This document shows positions 8,800 to 18,374 of a stretch of DNA of 58,768 bases, in pieces. Within the stretch, counting starts at the first letter, position 1. Every line of letters starts with the position of its first letter. The stretch lies in IMG/VR virus record IMGVR_UViG_3300034091_000431; one strand, 5' to 3'. The notes under the pieces were generated by a model that did not search any database, was not told where the DNA came from, and worked only from the letters and a program-made list of their open reading frames with translations. Source of the stretch: an uncultured virus (IMG/VR IMGVR_UViG_3300034091_000431) (Duplodnaviria > Heunggongvirae > Uroviricota > Caudoviricetes). The position numbers were made by a program, and so were the translations under genes.

Positions 8800-9173
8800 G
8801 GTTCGCCGCCGAGCTGCCAGCGCTCGAGGTCGGGAACGTTCACGAGCGCCGGCGTCTGGTGCCACATGGAACGCCCGCTCGAGTGGTGTCCCTGGCAGAT
8901 TTCATTGGTCTCGAGGACGTTGATGCTCGGGGCGATCTGCCAGCGATTCAGTCCCGATCGACAGAGTCCCCAGGTCTTGCCCCCTGGACCTTCGCCGCCA
9001 CCGACGACGTTGGGCGCGACAGGCACGCAGAAGACGAGAGGCCTTGTCCCCACGACCCGAACCCACATGTGCCAGTACCGGATGCCGTTCTCGGCGAGGC
9101 ACGTCTTGATCGTGCACTCGTCGACCTCTAGGTCGTCGGGCTCGACGAAGGAACGGTAGCGGAGCTCGGTCAT
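8796..9173 (-). CDS. Hypothetical protein, possibly DUF6527-like
   Basis: TWGL...WQIAPSINV...WH; coupled to both neighbours. Confidence 0.55.
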   Translation of the reverse strand: MTELRYRSFVEPDDLEVDECTIKTCLAENGIRYWHMWVRVVGTRPLVFCVPVAPNVVGGGEGPGGKTWGLCRSGLNRWQIAPSINVLETNEICQGHHSSGRSMWHQTPALVNVPDLERWQLGGEP

Positions 9174-10105
9174 CGGGGGTACGGCGCGTACTTGCCCTGA
9201 TGGGGAGCCTGGGGTCGATGCGGACGGTGTTCGGGGCGCGGGTGGGGGCCTACCGGCGGCGCCGCAGGTACGGGCGCAGGCGGCGCGGTCGAGGCGACCA
9301 CGGGCGGCGGCGCTGCATGCGCGACCGGCGGTGCCGTATGCGGTCCTCCCTTCCTGACGCCGACGTGCTTGACGATGAGGTGCGCGAGGCTTCCGGCGAC
9401 ACCGCGTGGATTGATCTTTCCGAAGCTGGGCTTGTCCGGCACATTCCGCAGGATGCCGTCGAGGACGGTGTCCGCCACGGGCTCATGCTTCATGGCGCCC
9501 GAGACGAGGCCGAGGAGGGTCGCCTTGACCGGGTCTAGGACATGTCTGAGGGCGTCTGCACCCGGCACGGCCGCGAGCGAGCCGTTGTAAGCCGCGTCGA
9601 TGGCGGCTTCGATGGGGTTATGGTGCGCGAGCGCGACGGCGCTGTCGTATGCGCTCTCGCCGATGGCGACCGCTTCGCTCACGATCGTCCCGAGACCTGG
9701 GATGGTGGAGATGGCGGCTTGCACGTCGTGCACGATGTCACCCCACGGAAGGTTACCGAGAACCTTACCGATCTTATTGACCTCCGGACCGACCTTCTTG
9801 ATGACATCGTTCGCGACGTGCTCGACATCGCGCGTCGCTTTCGCGACGTCGTTGGCGACCTTGAAGAGGTCGAAGCCGCCGACCCCGGTAGACGGCGTCG
9901 TCTGCGACTTGAGCGTTGCCAGGTGCGTCTCGAACGACGTTCCGGTGCTCGCTGCGTGTTGCTTCAGATCGCTGACGATCTGTTGCTGGAGGAGGTCTTT
10001 GACCTGCCCAGGGGTCTTGCCCTGCTTGCCGGCAGCGAGCGCGATTGCTTTGTAGTGTTCGAGAGATGGAGCGCCCAGAGAAAACGACTCGCCGGCGAGG
10101 TACAT
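9170..10105 (-). CDS. Helical amphipathic putative virion protein (full-length copy)
   Basis: Close paralogue of 15635-16258; FSLGAPS and GVGGFDLF motifs; Pro-rich tail. Confidence 0.75.
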   Translation of the reverse strand: MYLAGESFSLGAPSLEHYKAIALAAGKQGKTPGQVKDLLQQQIVSDLKQHAASTGTSFETHLATLKSQTTPSTGVGGFDLFKVANDVAKATRDVEHVANDVIKKVGPEVNKIGKVLGNLPWGDIVHDVQAAISTIPGLGTIVSEAVAIGESAYDSAVALAHHNPIEAAIDAAYNGSLAAVPGADALRHVLDPVKATLLGLVSGAMKHEPVADTVLDGILRNVPDKPSFGKINPRGVAGSLAHLIVKHVGVRKGGPHTAPPVAHAAPPPVVASTAPPAPVPAAPPVGPHPRPEHRPHRPQAPHQGKYAPYPR

Positions 10106-10108
10106 GAG

Positions 10109-10525
10109 TCAGATTCTACCGCTGGCAACCATCGCGCGAAAGTGTTCGTTTGTGAGGCCATCTCTCAGGCGCCGGATGCGACCGACCACCTGAATGGGGT
10201 GCACACCGAGGTCGACGAGCGCGAGCCCTGAGAGGACCCCGGAACGGTTGCGACCCTGCCAGCAGGTGACAAGTACGCGCTGACCCAGACGCACGCGATC
10301 GGCGATCTCGCGCGCCGCGTGCCGGATGCGCATTCTCGTCACCTTGTCGGGCGGTGGCCCGTCGTCGAGCGGCACGTAGATCACGTGGTAGCCCGGTAGC
10401 TCGGGCTGGTACTCCATCGCGGCGAGCACGATGACGTCGAACGGGATGAGCACGTCGGGAGGCGGCGCCTTGCCCTGCGCAAGCCGGCGGTTCGAGAGCA
10501 GGTACGTGTAGTCGCCGCCGCTCAC
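10109..10525 (-). CDS. Dual-specificity (Cys-based) phosphatase, copy 1
   Basis: VLVTCWQGRNRSG CX5R motif and PLDDG acid loop; GTGA overlap with the upstream stop. Confidence 0.9.
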   Translation of the reverse strand: MSGGDYTYLLSNRRLAQGKAPPPDVLIPFDVIVLAAMEYQPELPGYHVIYVPLDDGPPPDKVTRMRIRHAAREIADRVRLGQRVLVTCWQGRNRSGVLSGLALVDLGVHPIQVVGRIRRLRDGLTNEHFRAMVASGRI

Positions 10526-11457
10526 GCCCAATAGATGACCTGGAGAAACCCGGAACCGCCCGCGCCACCGGGGCCGCCATTGCCTGGCGTGGTCGCAGCA
10601 TTGCCGCCTTGACCGCCGCCGCCGCCGCCAGCTCCCGAGTTGGCCGCCGCCGAGGCTCCGGTGCCGCCGACACTACCAGCACCGGCCCCGGTTGCGCCGG
10701 TCCCACCAGTAGCTCCGACGCCGCCCGCTCCGTCAGGACCGCCGCCGCCACCGCCGCCGCCGAGGCCGCCCGGATGAGTAGACGGCATGCCGATACTTCC
10801 ACCGACACCACCAGCGAAGGGGGCGCCTGCCAGACCGATAGCTTGCCCGAGGCCTGCGCACGCGAAGCCCGCGTTGATGCTGCTCCCACCGGAGCCGGGC
10901 ACGCCAGCTCCGACGCTGGCGGATTCGGTGTTGAAGTTGCTCGTGTACGTCTGGACGCCGAACGGATTCGTATTCAGGTTTCGAACTGGAGTGCCGGCGG
11001 CTCCGTTCAGGTTCGCAGAGACGGGGCCTTGATTATTTCCGGCCGCGCCGCCGCCTGCGCCCGTGAACGCGAGCAGACTGCCGAAAGTCGTGTCGCCACC
11101 GGGACTGCCCTGCGTGGACCCTGCGCCCGTGTCTGCGGCGCCGCCCGCTCCTCCGGCCCCGATGCCCACCGCGACGCCGACTCCTGGGGTGATGGGCACG
11201 AAGGCTGATCCCCAGACCGCTCCGCCCCCTCCGCCCCCGCCGACGCCAGCAGCTACGTTGCCCTGGCTGCCCCCGCCGCCGCCAGCTCCGCCGCCGAAGC
11301 CCTGAACGAGTACAGAGGTGACACCTGGCGGCGGGGTGAAGGTTCCGGGGGCATCGAAGGGCACGATGTGCGGGGTCGTACCGGTTCCGCCGCCCGCCCT
11401 CGCCGCGCTCGGGTAGGTCTCGCGCCCTTTGGACCCTCTGCCGATGAGAAACCCCAT
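10522..11457 (-). CDS. Glycine-rich adhesin-like fibre protein with ETYP leader
   Basis: MGFLIGRGSKGRETYP; F..PGTFTPPPGVTSVLVQGFGGG...GGSGFLQVIYW glycine-rich domain. Confidence 0.8.
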   Translation of the reverse strand: MGFLIGRGSKGRETYPSAARAGGGTGTTPHIVPFDAPGTFTPPPGVTSVLVQGFGGGAGGGGGSQGNVAAGVGGGGGGGAVWGSAFVPITPGVGVAVGIGAGGAGGAADTGAGSTQGSPGGDTTFGSLLAFTGAGGGAAGNNQGPVSANLNGAAGTPVRNLNTNPFGVQTYTSNFNTESASVGAGVPGSGGSSINAGFACAGLGQAIGLAGAPFAGGVGGSIGMPSTHPGGLGGGGGGGGPDGAGGVGATGGTGATGAGAGSVGGTGASAAANSGAGGGGGGQGGNAATTPGNGGPGGAGGSGFLQVIYWA

Positions 11458-11514
11458 GCCGATCGACGGTACCAGTGGAACGGTTGCGGGACAATCGGTC
11501 AGCCAGCTCAGACG

Positions 11515-13110
11515 TTAGCCGCTACTGATACTCATTCCGGTGAGCGGCCAGAAGAGGCCGCCCTTCGCGTCGATGTTCGCTGGCGTGATCTCGATCCCGG
11601 TCGTGATCGCGCCGGTTACCTGATTGAACGCGGCAGCGGCCAAGCTCGTACCGGAATTTCCCAAGAAGAGCGCGAACGCGCCCGTTTGCAGGAACGAGTC
11701 GGTGTAGGTAGTAAAGCTCACGTTGATGTTGCTCTGCAACCCGAGGGTGATTTGACCAGGCCCCCATACAATCAGTTCGCCGCTGGCTAGCTCGTCGATC
11801 GTCAGTTGGCCGCCGCCGTAGAACGTGGCAAGGCCGCTGTTCGAGACGTTCCCGATGTAGAGCGCCGCCCCGATATAGTAGAGGCCGGCGACGATCGTGC
11901 CGCTCGAGATGTTGGCGTTGACCACCTGAACATCGAAGTCCAAGCCGCAGAACCCTGCGACGATGAGGTACTCGATAAAGCCGCCGAGGAACGCAGGGCC
12001 GAAAGAGGACGATTCACCGACGCCGGGCGGCTCACTCGATGCGAACCCCCCGATGAAGACGCCGGGCTGCCCCGTATTGAAGTTGCGGTTGAGAAAGCTC
12101 GAGAAGTTCACGGCGACGTAGCTTGCCGCCTGGCTCTCGAGCGAGGCCGCGGACGTGACGTCCTGTACGACGCCGCACTCGACGTTGAGGGTCACGCTCC
12201 CGTTACCGTTGCCGCTCGAGTCGAGGAAGTTTAGCGCTTGAAGGGTCGGAGTCTTGTTCGTGATGTCGAGGTTTCCGGCAGACACCGTCAGGCGCGTCAG
12301 GTTGATCGAGAGCGGGATCTCAACCTGCACGTGATCCGTCGCCGCCCACGTGTCGTCCTCAGCCGGCACGGCGAAGACGTTTCCGATGGCCGCTGCGGTG
12401 AGCGGCTGGCTCATCGTGAGAACCGCTCCCGCGATGGCGACAATCGTTGCGCGGCTCCCCTTGGTCGTGTTGTGGATGAACTGGCCGATAGCAAGCCCTG
12501 CGGGCGGCGCCGTAAGATGTACGCTCAAACGCGTCGCAGTCGCTCGGTTCTTCGCGGTGACAGAGCTGAGCGTCGTCGCAGCGCCGTGCGGGACGTACGC
12601 GCCGAGGATGCCGAAGACCGTCGCGCCATCCGTCAGCGTGATATCGAGGGCGATGTTCTCCTGGTTGACCGTCTCGCTGTTCAGAAACGTGATGTTCGTG
12701 TTCTGCGGCAGGTTCGGACGGTTGGTCCCCCACTTCGGGACGATGCCGCCCATGACCGTCTTGACGGGCGACGCGAGCGTCCCGGGGTTCGTGTCCTTGC
12801 CACCGACAGGGTCCACGTACCACGCGGCCTGCGTGAGCAAGACCAGGATGTCACTCTCGGTGAGCGGCCGGATGTCGTACTCGCCAGCCGCCACATCGAA
12901 TACCGGCACCGCGGATTGCACCGGCGGGGTCGCTGCGACGGGGACCGTCTGGATCCCTTGCATGGTCGCCGGGACGCTCCCGGAGCCGGGACCGGCCTTC
13001 ACGTCCTGGGTGAGCTGGGTGATTCCGGCGCCCCCGCCTCCCGGCGATCGAGCCACCGCTGGATACGTCTCGTGCCCGCCGCGCGCTCGTCGGCCGATGA
13101 GGAAGCCCAT
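11515..13110 (-). CDS. Fibre/spike protein with ETYP leader and probable beta-helix
   Basis: MGFLIGRRARGGHETYP; GITQLTQDVKAGPGSG; WYVDPVGGKDTNPGT..PVKT (DUF1565-like cap). Confidence 0.8.
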   Translation of the reverse strand: MGFLIGRRARGGHETYPAVARSPGGGGAGITQLTQDVKAGPGSGSVPATMQGIQTVPVAATPPVQSAVPVFDVAAGEYDIRPLTESDILVLLTQAAWYVDPVGGKDTNPGTLASPVKTVMGGIVPKWGTNRPNLPQNTNITFLNSETVNQENIALDITLTDGATVFGILGAYVPHGAATTLSSVTAKNRATATRLSVHLTAPPAGLAIGQFIHNTTKGSRATIVAIAGAVLTMSQPLTAAAIGNVFAVPAEDDTWAATDHVQVEIPLSINLTRLTVSAGNLDITNKTPTLQALNFLDSSGNGNGSVTLNVECGVVQDVTSAASLESQAASYVAVNFSSFLNRNFNTGQPGVFIGGFASSEPPGVGESSSFGPAFLGGFIEYLIVAGFCGLDFDVQVVNANISSGTIVAGLYYIGAALYIGNVSNSGLATFYGGGQLTIDELASGELIVWGPGQITLGLQSNINVSFTTYTDSFLQTGAFALFLGNSGTSLAAAAFNQVTGAITTGIEITPANIDAKGGLFWPLTGMSISSG

Positions 13111-13122
13111 GAGCGGAGCGTA

Positions 13123-13272
13123 TCAGAGCAACGCAGCGATTACACCCACCACCACGCCGCCCACGACCGCTCCAGCTAGCGCTGGCACAAGCGGGCTCGG
13201 TGGCGGCGGCGGACAGCCGGGACACGGCGGCGGCAGCGGCGGACAGCTCCCGGCCTGCGGATCACCAGGACC
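13123..13272 (-). pseudogene. Orphan 3' fragment of a tail-anchored membrane protein gene
   Basis: GPGDPQAGSCPPLPPPCPGCPPPPPSPLVPALAGAVVGGVVVGVIAALL*, out of frame with the GT gene it is joined to. Confidence 0.6.
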
Positions 13273-14060
13273 GCAGTCCACGCGCACTCGCCGTAGAAGA
13301 CGCTCGCGCCGAGGCCCCGCCCTGCGGCAGCGATCGCCTCCTCGTGTCGCCCGAGCACATGAAGCTGCTCGGCTTGCTTGTACGCCGCCCATGCAGCCTC
13401 GTCGCCGTACTTGCGCCGCGTCACGCACTGGCCGAAGGCCTCGGCGGCGCGAGCGTGCTTGCCGAGGCCCTCGAAGGACTGGCCGAGGTAAAACCACCAC
13501 CTCGGATCGTCGGGATGCTCGGCAACGTAGTCGCCAAGCAGCTCCGCGTCGCGGGAGAACTTGTGCGCGAGCTGCGCTTGCGTCTTGGAGAGTTCGGAGA
13601 AGGTCACGCCGCGAAGGGTTTCGCGCGAGCCGCCGAGCGGCACCTCGTGCGTCGGACCGACGTACCGGACGGCAGCCACTGCGCGGATGATCTTCTCCTT
13701 CGGGTAGTGCCCATCCGAGGACTCGACGTAGAGCACCTCGGAGGTCGTGCGCGAAAGCGCCTCGCGGAGATCAATCCCGTTCCAGTGAAAGCGCTCATCG
13801 GAATCAACGATCACAATCCAGTCGGCCCCGAGCTTCTTCGCCTCATCGAGCGAGACGTTCCGGGCGGCCGAGAAGTCTTTCCACGCGTGCTTGACGATGA
13901 CGAGCTTGTCCCTGGCAACCTCCAAGGCCCGCGCGATGGTGCGGTCGGTGATTCCCGTGTCGACGATGAGGACCTTGTCCACGTGGGGGGCCACGCTGCC
14001 GATGGCGTCGGAGATCTCGTCCTCACGGCTGCCCGTGATGGTCGCGCTGACGATCAGCAT
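13176..14060 (-). pseudogene. Truncated GT2 + TPR glycosyltransferase (paralogue of 42979-44934)
   Basis: VDTG, DFSAARN, VDSDE, GPTHE, DDPRWWFYLGQS; similarity to the paralogue stops abruptly after ECAW (~13275). Confidence 0.75.
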
Positions 14061-14120
14061 CGGCCCGTAGCCTACACGTGTATTGCAACCGTTGACACCG
14101 TTGACAATGGGTGACGTAGC

Positions 14121-15587
14121 TCAGGATAGGACCCAAGACAATCGCACCCAGCCGGACATACCGGCGGCGCCGTTGCCGCCCGTGCCACCTGTAGTCGAAC
14201 CGTTGCCGCCAGCGCCGCCGCCACCACCGCCCGAGGAGCTATTGACCGTTCCTCCTCCGCCAGCCGTACCGTTGCCGCCGGCCCCTGCATCGTTGCCCGC
14301 ACCGCCGTTGCCGCCAGTGCCGCCGCCGCCCGGACCGCCGCCGCCGCCGCCTCCGCCGCCGCCTCCCCCACCGCCTGCATTCGCGGCCCCGTTGGCTCCA
14401 GGGTTTCCGAAGCCGCCACCGCCGTTGACCCCGCCCTGCGTCGAGAGGCCCATATTGTCGTTGCCATGACCTGCCGCGGTCGAGGTTGTAGTTGTTTGGA
14501 AGCCTCCGTTGGCTCCGCTGCCCGGTGCTGCGTTGGACCTCTGGACTGCCGTTCCACCCTGAGCCGTGACGGGAGCGCCGCCCTCGCCAGTTCCGGCTGC
14601 GTTGGAGATTCCGCCGCCGCCGCCGCCGCTGCCGCCGGGAGCCCAGATGCCGTTACCAGTCGTGTTCGTGAATGCGTTCGACGTACCTCCGATGGCGCCA
14701 GCCGATCCGGCCACACCAGCAGCACCGCCGCCGCCGCCTCCGCCTCCGACTCCAATGCCTACGCTGATCGTCGTATCGCCTGTACCGACGGTTATCCAAC
14801 CACTGAAGTGCGTAGCGCCTCCGCCGCCGCCCCCGCCAACCGATCCGGTCACGCTCCCCGTAGAGCCTCCCGCACCACCACCGCCGCCGCCTCCGCCGCC
14901 GGCCCCCTCGAAGAAGACCATGGTAACGCGCGCGGGGATAGGCCATGCGGCATTGCTAGCCGTGAAGATTTGCGAGCTTCCGGTAGTAAGCCCCGACACG
15001 CCGGATGGTCCGGTGGGCCCCGTCGGTCCCGTGGGCCCGGTGCTCCCTTGAGGGCCAGTCGGCCCGGTAATCGAAGCGCCAGTCGCGCCCGTGGGCCCTG
15101 TACTACCCTGCGGCCCGGTCGGTCCCGTGATCGAAGCGCCGGTGGGTCCGGTCGGACCCGTGATGCTTGCACCTGTCGGTCCTGTAGGTCCGGTGATGCT
15201 CGCGCCGGTCGGTCCCGTGCTCCCTTGAGGGCCCGTCGGACCTGTAATGCTCGCACCCGTGGGGCCGGTGCTTCCTTGAGAACCGGTCGGTCCGGTGATG
15301 CTCGCACCCGTTGCGCCCGTCGGTCCGGTGCCGCCCTGCGGACCCGTTGGTCCCGTGATGCTCGCACCAGTCGCGCCTGTCGGACCCGTGCTTCCTTGCG
15401 GCCCGGTCGGACCCGTAATGCTGGCGCCAGTTGCGCCCGAAGGCCCCGTGCTTCCTTGCGGTCCCGTGGGGCCAGTGATGCCCGGACCAGTCGGACCTTG
15501 CGGTCCAGTCGGGCCTGATCCACCTGGATGACGCGTCGTCGGATAGGTCTCGCGCGCGTATTTCCCACGGCCAATTATGTGCGCCAC
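14121..15587 (-). CDS. Collagen-like fibre with ETYP leader and C-terminal glycine-rich domain
   Basis: [16 protein letters not shown]; ([20 protein letters not shown])n at ~15000-15520; poly-Gly domain ending GWVRLSW. Confidence 0.85.
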   Translation of the reverse strand: MAHIIGRGKYARETYPTTRHPGGSGPTGPQGPTGPGITGPTGPQGSTGPSGATGASITGPTGPQGSTGPTGATGASITGPTGPQGGTGPTGATGASITGPTGSQGSTGPTGASITGPTGPQGSTGPTGASITGPTGPTGASITGPTGPTGASITGPTGPQGSTGPTGATGASITGPTGPQGSTGPTGPTGPTGPSGVSGLTTGSSQIFTASNAAWPIPARVTMVFFEGAGGGGGGGGGAGGSTGSVTGSVGGGGGGGATHFSGWITVGTGDTTISVGIGVGGGGGGGGAAGVAGSAGAIGGTSNAFTNTTGNGIWAPGGSGGGGGGISNAAGTGEGGAPVTAQGGTAVQRSNAAPGSGANGGFQTTTTSTAAGHGNDNMGLSTQGGVNGGGGFGNPGANGAANAGGGGGGGGGGGGGGPGGGGTGGNGGAGNDAGAGGNGTAGGGGTVNSSSGGGGGGAGGNGSTTGGTGGNGAAGMSGWVRLSWVLS

Positions 15588-15634
15588 GGCTCACCTGCTT
15601 TCGGGCGCAACGAGTTGGGTGGGGAAGGTCATGT

Positions 15635-16258
15635 TCAGTTGATACCCTGATAGATGTATCCAGACCCCGAGAACGGGTTCGTCATGCTGTTGTAATTTAT
15701 GAGGTTAGCAGTTGAAAGAGTGTTCGTCAGTCCACTGGTAGACGCTCGTGTCGCCAGCGGAACGAGAGCGACGGCGCTGTCGTATGCGCTCTCGCCGATG
15801 GCGATGGCCTCGCTCACGATCGTCCCGAGACCTGGGATGGTCGAGATGGCGGCCTGCACGTCGTGCACGATGTCACCCCACGGGATATTGCCGGCAAACT
15901 TGCCGACGGCGTCGACGATGGGGCCGACCTTCTTGACGACGTCGTTCGCGACGTGCTCGATGTCGCGCGCCGCCTTCGCGACGTCGTTCGTCGCGTGCGA
16001 GATCTCCCTGAAGAGGTCGAAGCCGCCAACGCCGGCAGTCGGTGTCGTCTGCGCCTTGAGCGTCGCGAGGTGCTGCGTGAACGGCATACCGGTCTTCGCC
16101 GCGTGCGCCTTCAGGTCCTGCGCGATCTGCTGCTTGAGGAGCTGCTTGACTTGCCCCGGGGTCTTACCCGCCTTGCCTGCCTGAATCGCGATCGCCTTGT
16201 AGTGCTCGAGGTCGGTGGGTGAGGACGGGGCCGCGCCCAGGGAGAAGAGCTCGTACAT
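15635..16258 (-). CDS. Chimeric truncated paralogue of 9170-10105
   Basis: Closely similar up to ESAYDSAVAL, then switches at ~15763 to an unrelated N/S/T-rich tail. Confidence 0.7.
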   Translation of the reverse strand: MYELFSLGAAPSSPTDLEHYKAIAIQAGKAGKTPGQVKQLLKQQIAQDLKAHAAKTGMPFTQHLATLKAQTTPTAGVGGFDLFREISHATNDVAKAARDIEHVANDVVKKVGPIVDAVGKFAGNIPWGDIVHDVQAAISTIPGLGTIVSEAIAIGESAYDSAVALVPLATRASTSGLTNTLSTANLINYNSMTNPFSGSGYIYQGIN

Positions 16259-16261
16259 GAC

Positions 16262-16672
16262 TCAGATCCTACCACTCGCGACCATCGCTCGGAAATGGTG
16301 GTTGGTCAGGCCGTTGCGCAGGCGCCGGATGCGTCGAACAGCGTGCTCGGGCGGCACACCGAGGTTGACGAGCGCCAGGCCTGCAAGCACTCCGGAACGG
16401 TTGCGACCCTGCAAGCACGTCACGAGCACGCGCTGGCCAGCGCGTACGAGCCGAGCGATCTCGCGCGCCGTCGCGCGGATGGTCGCCCGCTCGAGGGGGC
16501 TCGGCGGCGGCCCGTCGTCGAGCGGCGCGCGGATGACCCGGTAACCCGGCATCGCCGGCTGATACTCCATCGCCGCGAGCACGATGACGTCGAACGGGAT
16601 GCCTGGGGCGTTTGGCGGAGCGCTGCCCTGCGCGAGGAGGCGGCTCGGCAGGAGGTAGTGGTAGTCGGGCAC
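16262..16672 (-). CDS. Dual-specificity phosphatase, copy 2
   Basis: VLVTCLQGRNRSG, PLDDG; same C-terminus HFRAMVASGRI as copy 1. Confidence 0.9.
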   Translation of the reverse strand: MPDYHYLLPSRLLAQGSAPPNAPGIPFDVIVLAAMEYQPAMPGYRVIRAPLDDGPPPSPLERATIRATAREIARLVRAGQRVLVTCLQGRNRSGVLAGLALVNLGVPPEHAVRRIRRLRNGLTNHHFRAMVASGRI

Positions 16673-16674
16673 GA

Positions 16675-18336
16675 CTACGGGCCGTAGTTGCACACCTGGC
16701 CGCCGCCAGGTGCGCCTAGACAGCCGCTCGTCGCGCCGAGCTTCGTGTCGAGTTCCGTGGCCGACATGGTCAGGTTGCAGGCGCCCGCCGTCGAGCCAGG
16801 GTAGGAGCTACAGACGAGCGTCTGTCCGTCGACACCCATGCCGCCCGTGTTCTTGAACAGGCTGGCTGCTTCCCCGGCGCCGGGGTTGTAGAAGAACCGC
16901 GAGACCCCCTCGAAGTCGATCGCGCCCGGACCCCAGATGACCTTCTGCGCGCAGTACGTCGGGGCGGGCAGCGATTGCTCCTGGGAGGAACCGCCCATCA
17001 CGAGGGTGACGCCCGTGCCGATGTAGGACGAGCACATGACGCTGTTCCAGAGGTACGGGTCGCTCGTGTACGACCAGTTGAGGATGGTGTTGTGGTCGAC
17101 CTGGACGCCCTGCATGTTGACGATGCCGCCGTAAGGAGATCCCGCCCAGGTCCCTACGATGCCTCCGTCGATCGCGTACACGCTCGCGTCGTTGTAGATC
17201 GTCGGGTAAGGGAATCCCGAAGCGCCGTACGCGTTGAAGCCTCCGACGTAGTACATGCCGCCCGATGCCGCGGAGGCGCCAGCGTTGGTGTTCGCGTAGT
17301 TGAAGGCGCGGAAACTGAGGTCGTTGATGAACCCGACGCTGCCGATGACGTTGATGACGTCGTTTACGTACGTGTTCGAGCTCGTCGAGTTCGGCCCGTA
17401 TATGGCGACGTTCTGGACGAGCATGTTGAGGTTGACCGGCGCGTCGTAGCCGGACCCGAGGGTGCCAGCAGTGGGCGTGAGCAGTGCGATGTTGATGAGC
17501 GGGATACCGGTCGTCGTCCCTGGAGTGAAGACCGAAACGCTGTCGCCGTTCGCCCACGTGGTGACCTCACTCTCCAGGCCCCCGGCCGTCCAGTATAGCG
17601 GCGTGGAGAACGACCAGATTGCGCCGCTCGTGTTGCGGTACGCCCACGCGTACGACGGGTTGGTCCTGTCGTAGACGAGCGATGTCTGCGAGAGCGTGCA
17701 GCCGGTCACGCTCGCCTGCGCGAGTGAAGTGCCGGACGAGTAGGCGGTCAGGTTGGCCATCGTTCCGATGCACGACGCCGTCAGCTTGCCGTCGATGATC
17801 AGTGCGACGTCGCCGCTAGGGGCTTCCGCGAATGGCGAGAGGTACCACGGGTCGGCGAGCGCCTGCGCCGCGGTCTGTCCGCTTAGGGCGGTAATCGTCG
17901 TCTGCTGCTGGAGGCGCGGCGAGTAGGTCCCCCAGTACGACGCGACCTGCTGGTAGGTGACGACCGGCCCGACGCCCGCCCCGCCGCAGGTGGAGGACGT
18001 CCCGTTGTTGGAGTCCGAGGCGCAGCCGGAGGTGTTGGCCGGGTCGATGTACCAGTTGGCCACCGTCCAGGAAGACGGGATAGTGAAGTTCGGCCGGATC
18101 GCTTTGAGGGCTGTCTTGGCCGAGCTATTCGTCTTGACGATCGGGTTGTGTGCGAACCGGTTGCCTTCCTTGTGCAGCGTCACGGGCCGCTCGCGCGATA
18201 CACGCATGAGAGCTGGCGGCGTCGCCGTGGATGCCGCTTGCGGTTCGGCGTCGACTTGTTTCAGGCCGCCAGAATCGCAGGCCGCCGCAACGACCCACAC
18301 GAACAGCAAGAGGGAGAGGTGCCGGATCGATGTCAT
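16675..18336 (-). CDS. Lipoprotein with spike-like domain related to 11515-13110
   Basis: MTSIRHLSLLLFVWVVAAAC lipobox; WYIDP...DSNNGT...PVVT...WGTYSPRLQQQTTITAL. Confidence 0.75.
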   Translation of the reverse strand: MTSIRHLSLLLFVWVVAAACDSGGLKQVDAEPQAASTATPPALMRVSRERPVTLHKEGNRFAHNPIVKTNSSAKTALKAIRPNFTIPSSWTVANWYIDPANTSGCASDSNNGTSSTCGGAGVGPVVTYQQVASYWGTYSPRLQQQTTITALSGQTAAQALADPWYLSPFAEAPSGDVALIIDGKLTASCIGTMANLTAYSSGTSLAQASVTGCTLSQTSLVYDRTNPSYAWAYRNTSGAIWSFSTPLYWTAGGLESEVTTWANGDSVSVFTPGTTTGIPLINIALLTPTAGTLGSGYDAPVNLNMLVQNVAIYGPNSTSSNTYVNDVINVIGSVGFINDLSFRAFNYANTNAGASAASGGMYYVGGFNAYGASGFPYPTIYNDASVYAIDGGIVGTWAGSPYGGIVNMQGVQVDHNTILNWSYTSDPYLWNSVMCSSYIGTGVTLVMGGSSQEQSLPAPTYCAQKVIWGPGAIDFEGVSRFFYNPGAGEAASLFKNTGGMGVDGQTLVCSSYPGSTAGACNLTMSATELDTKLGATSGCLGAPGGGQVCNYGP

Positions 18337-18374
18337 GTTAAGTGTTCCTTCCTGAGAGAGGGCCCATCCTAGCA

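Noticed and set aside
10522..11457. PE-PGRS assignment for the Gly-rich proteins
   Set aside because: No PE domain; context and terminal motifs fit viral glycine-rich adhesin domains
9170..16672. Duplicated segments as DGR template/variable repeats
   Set aside because: No reverse transcriptase in the window; differences are ordinary synonymous and indel divergence rather than adenine-specific
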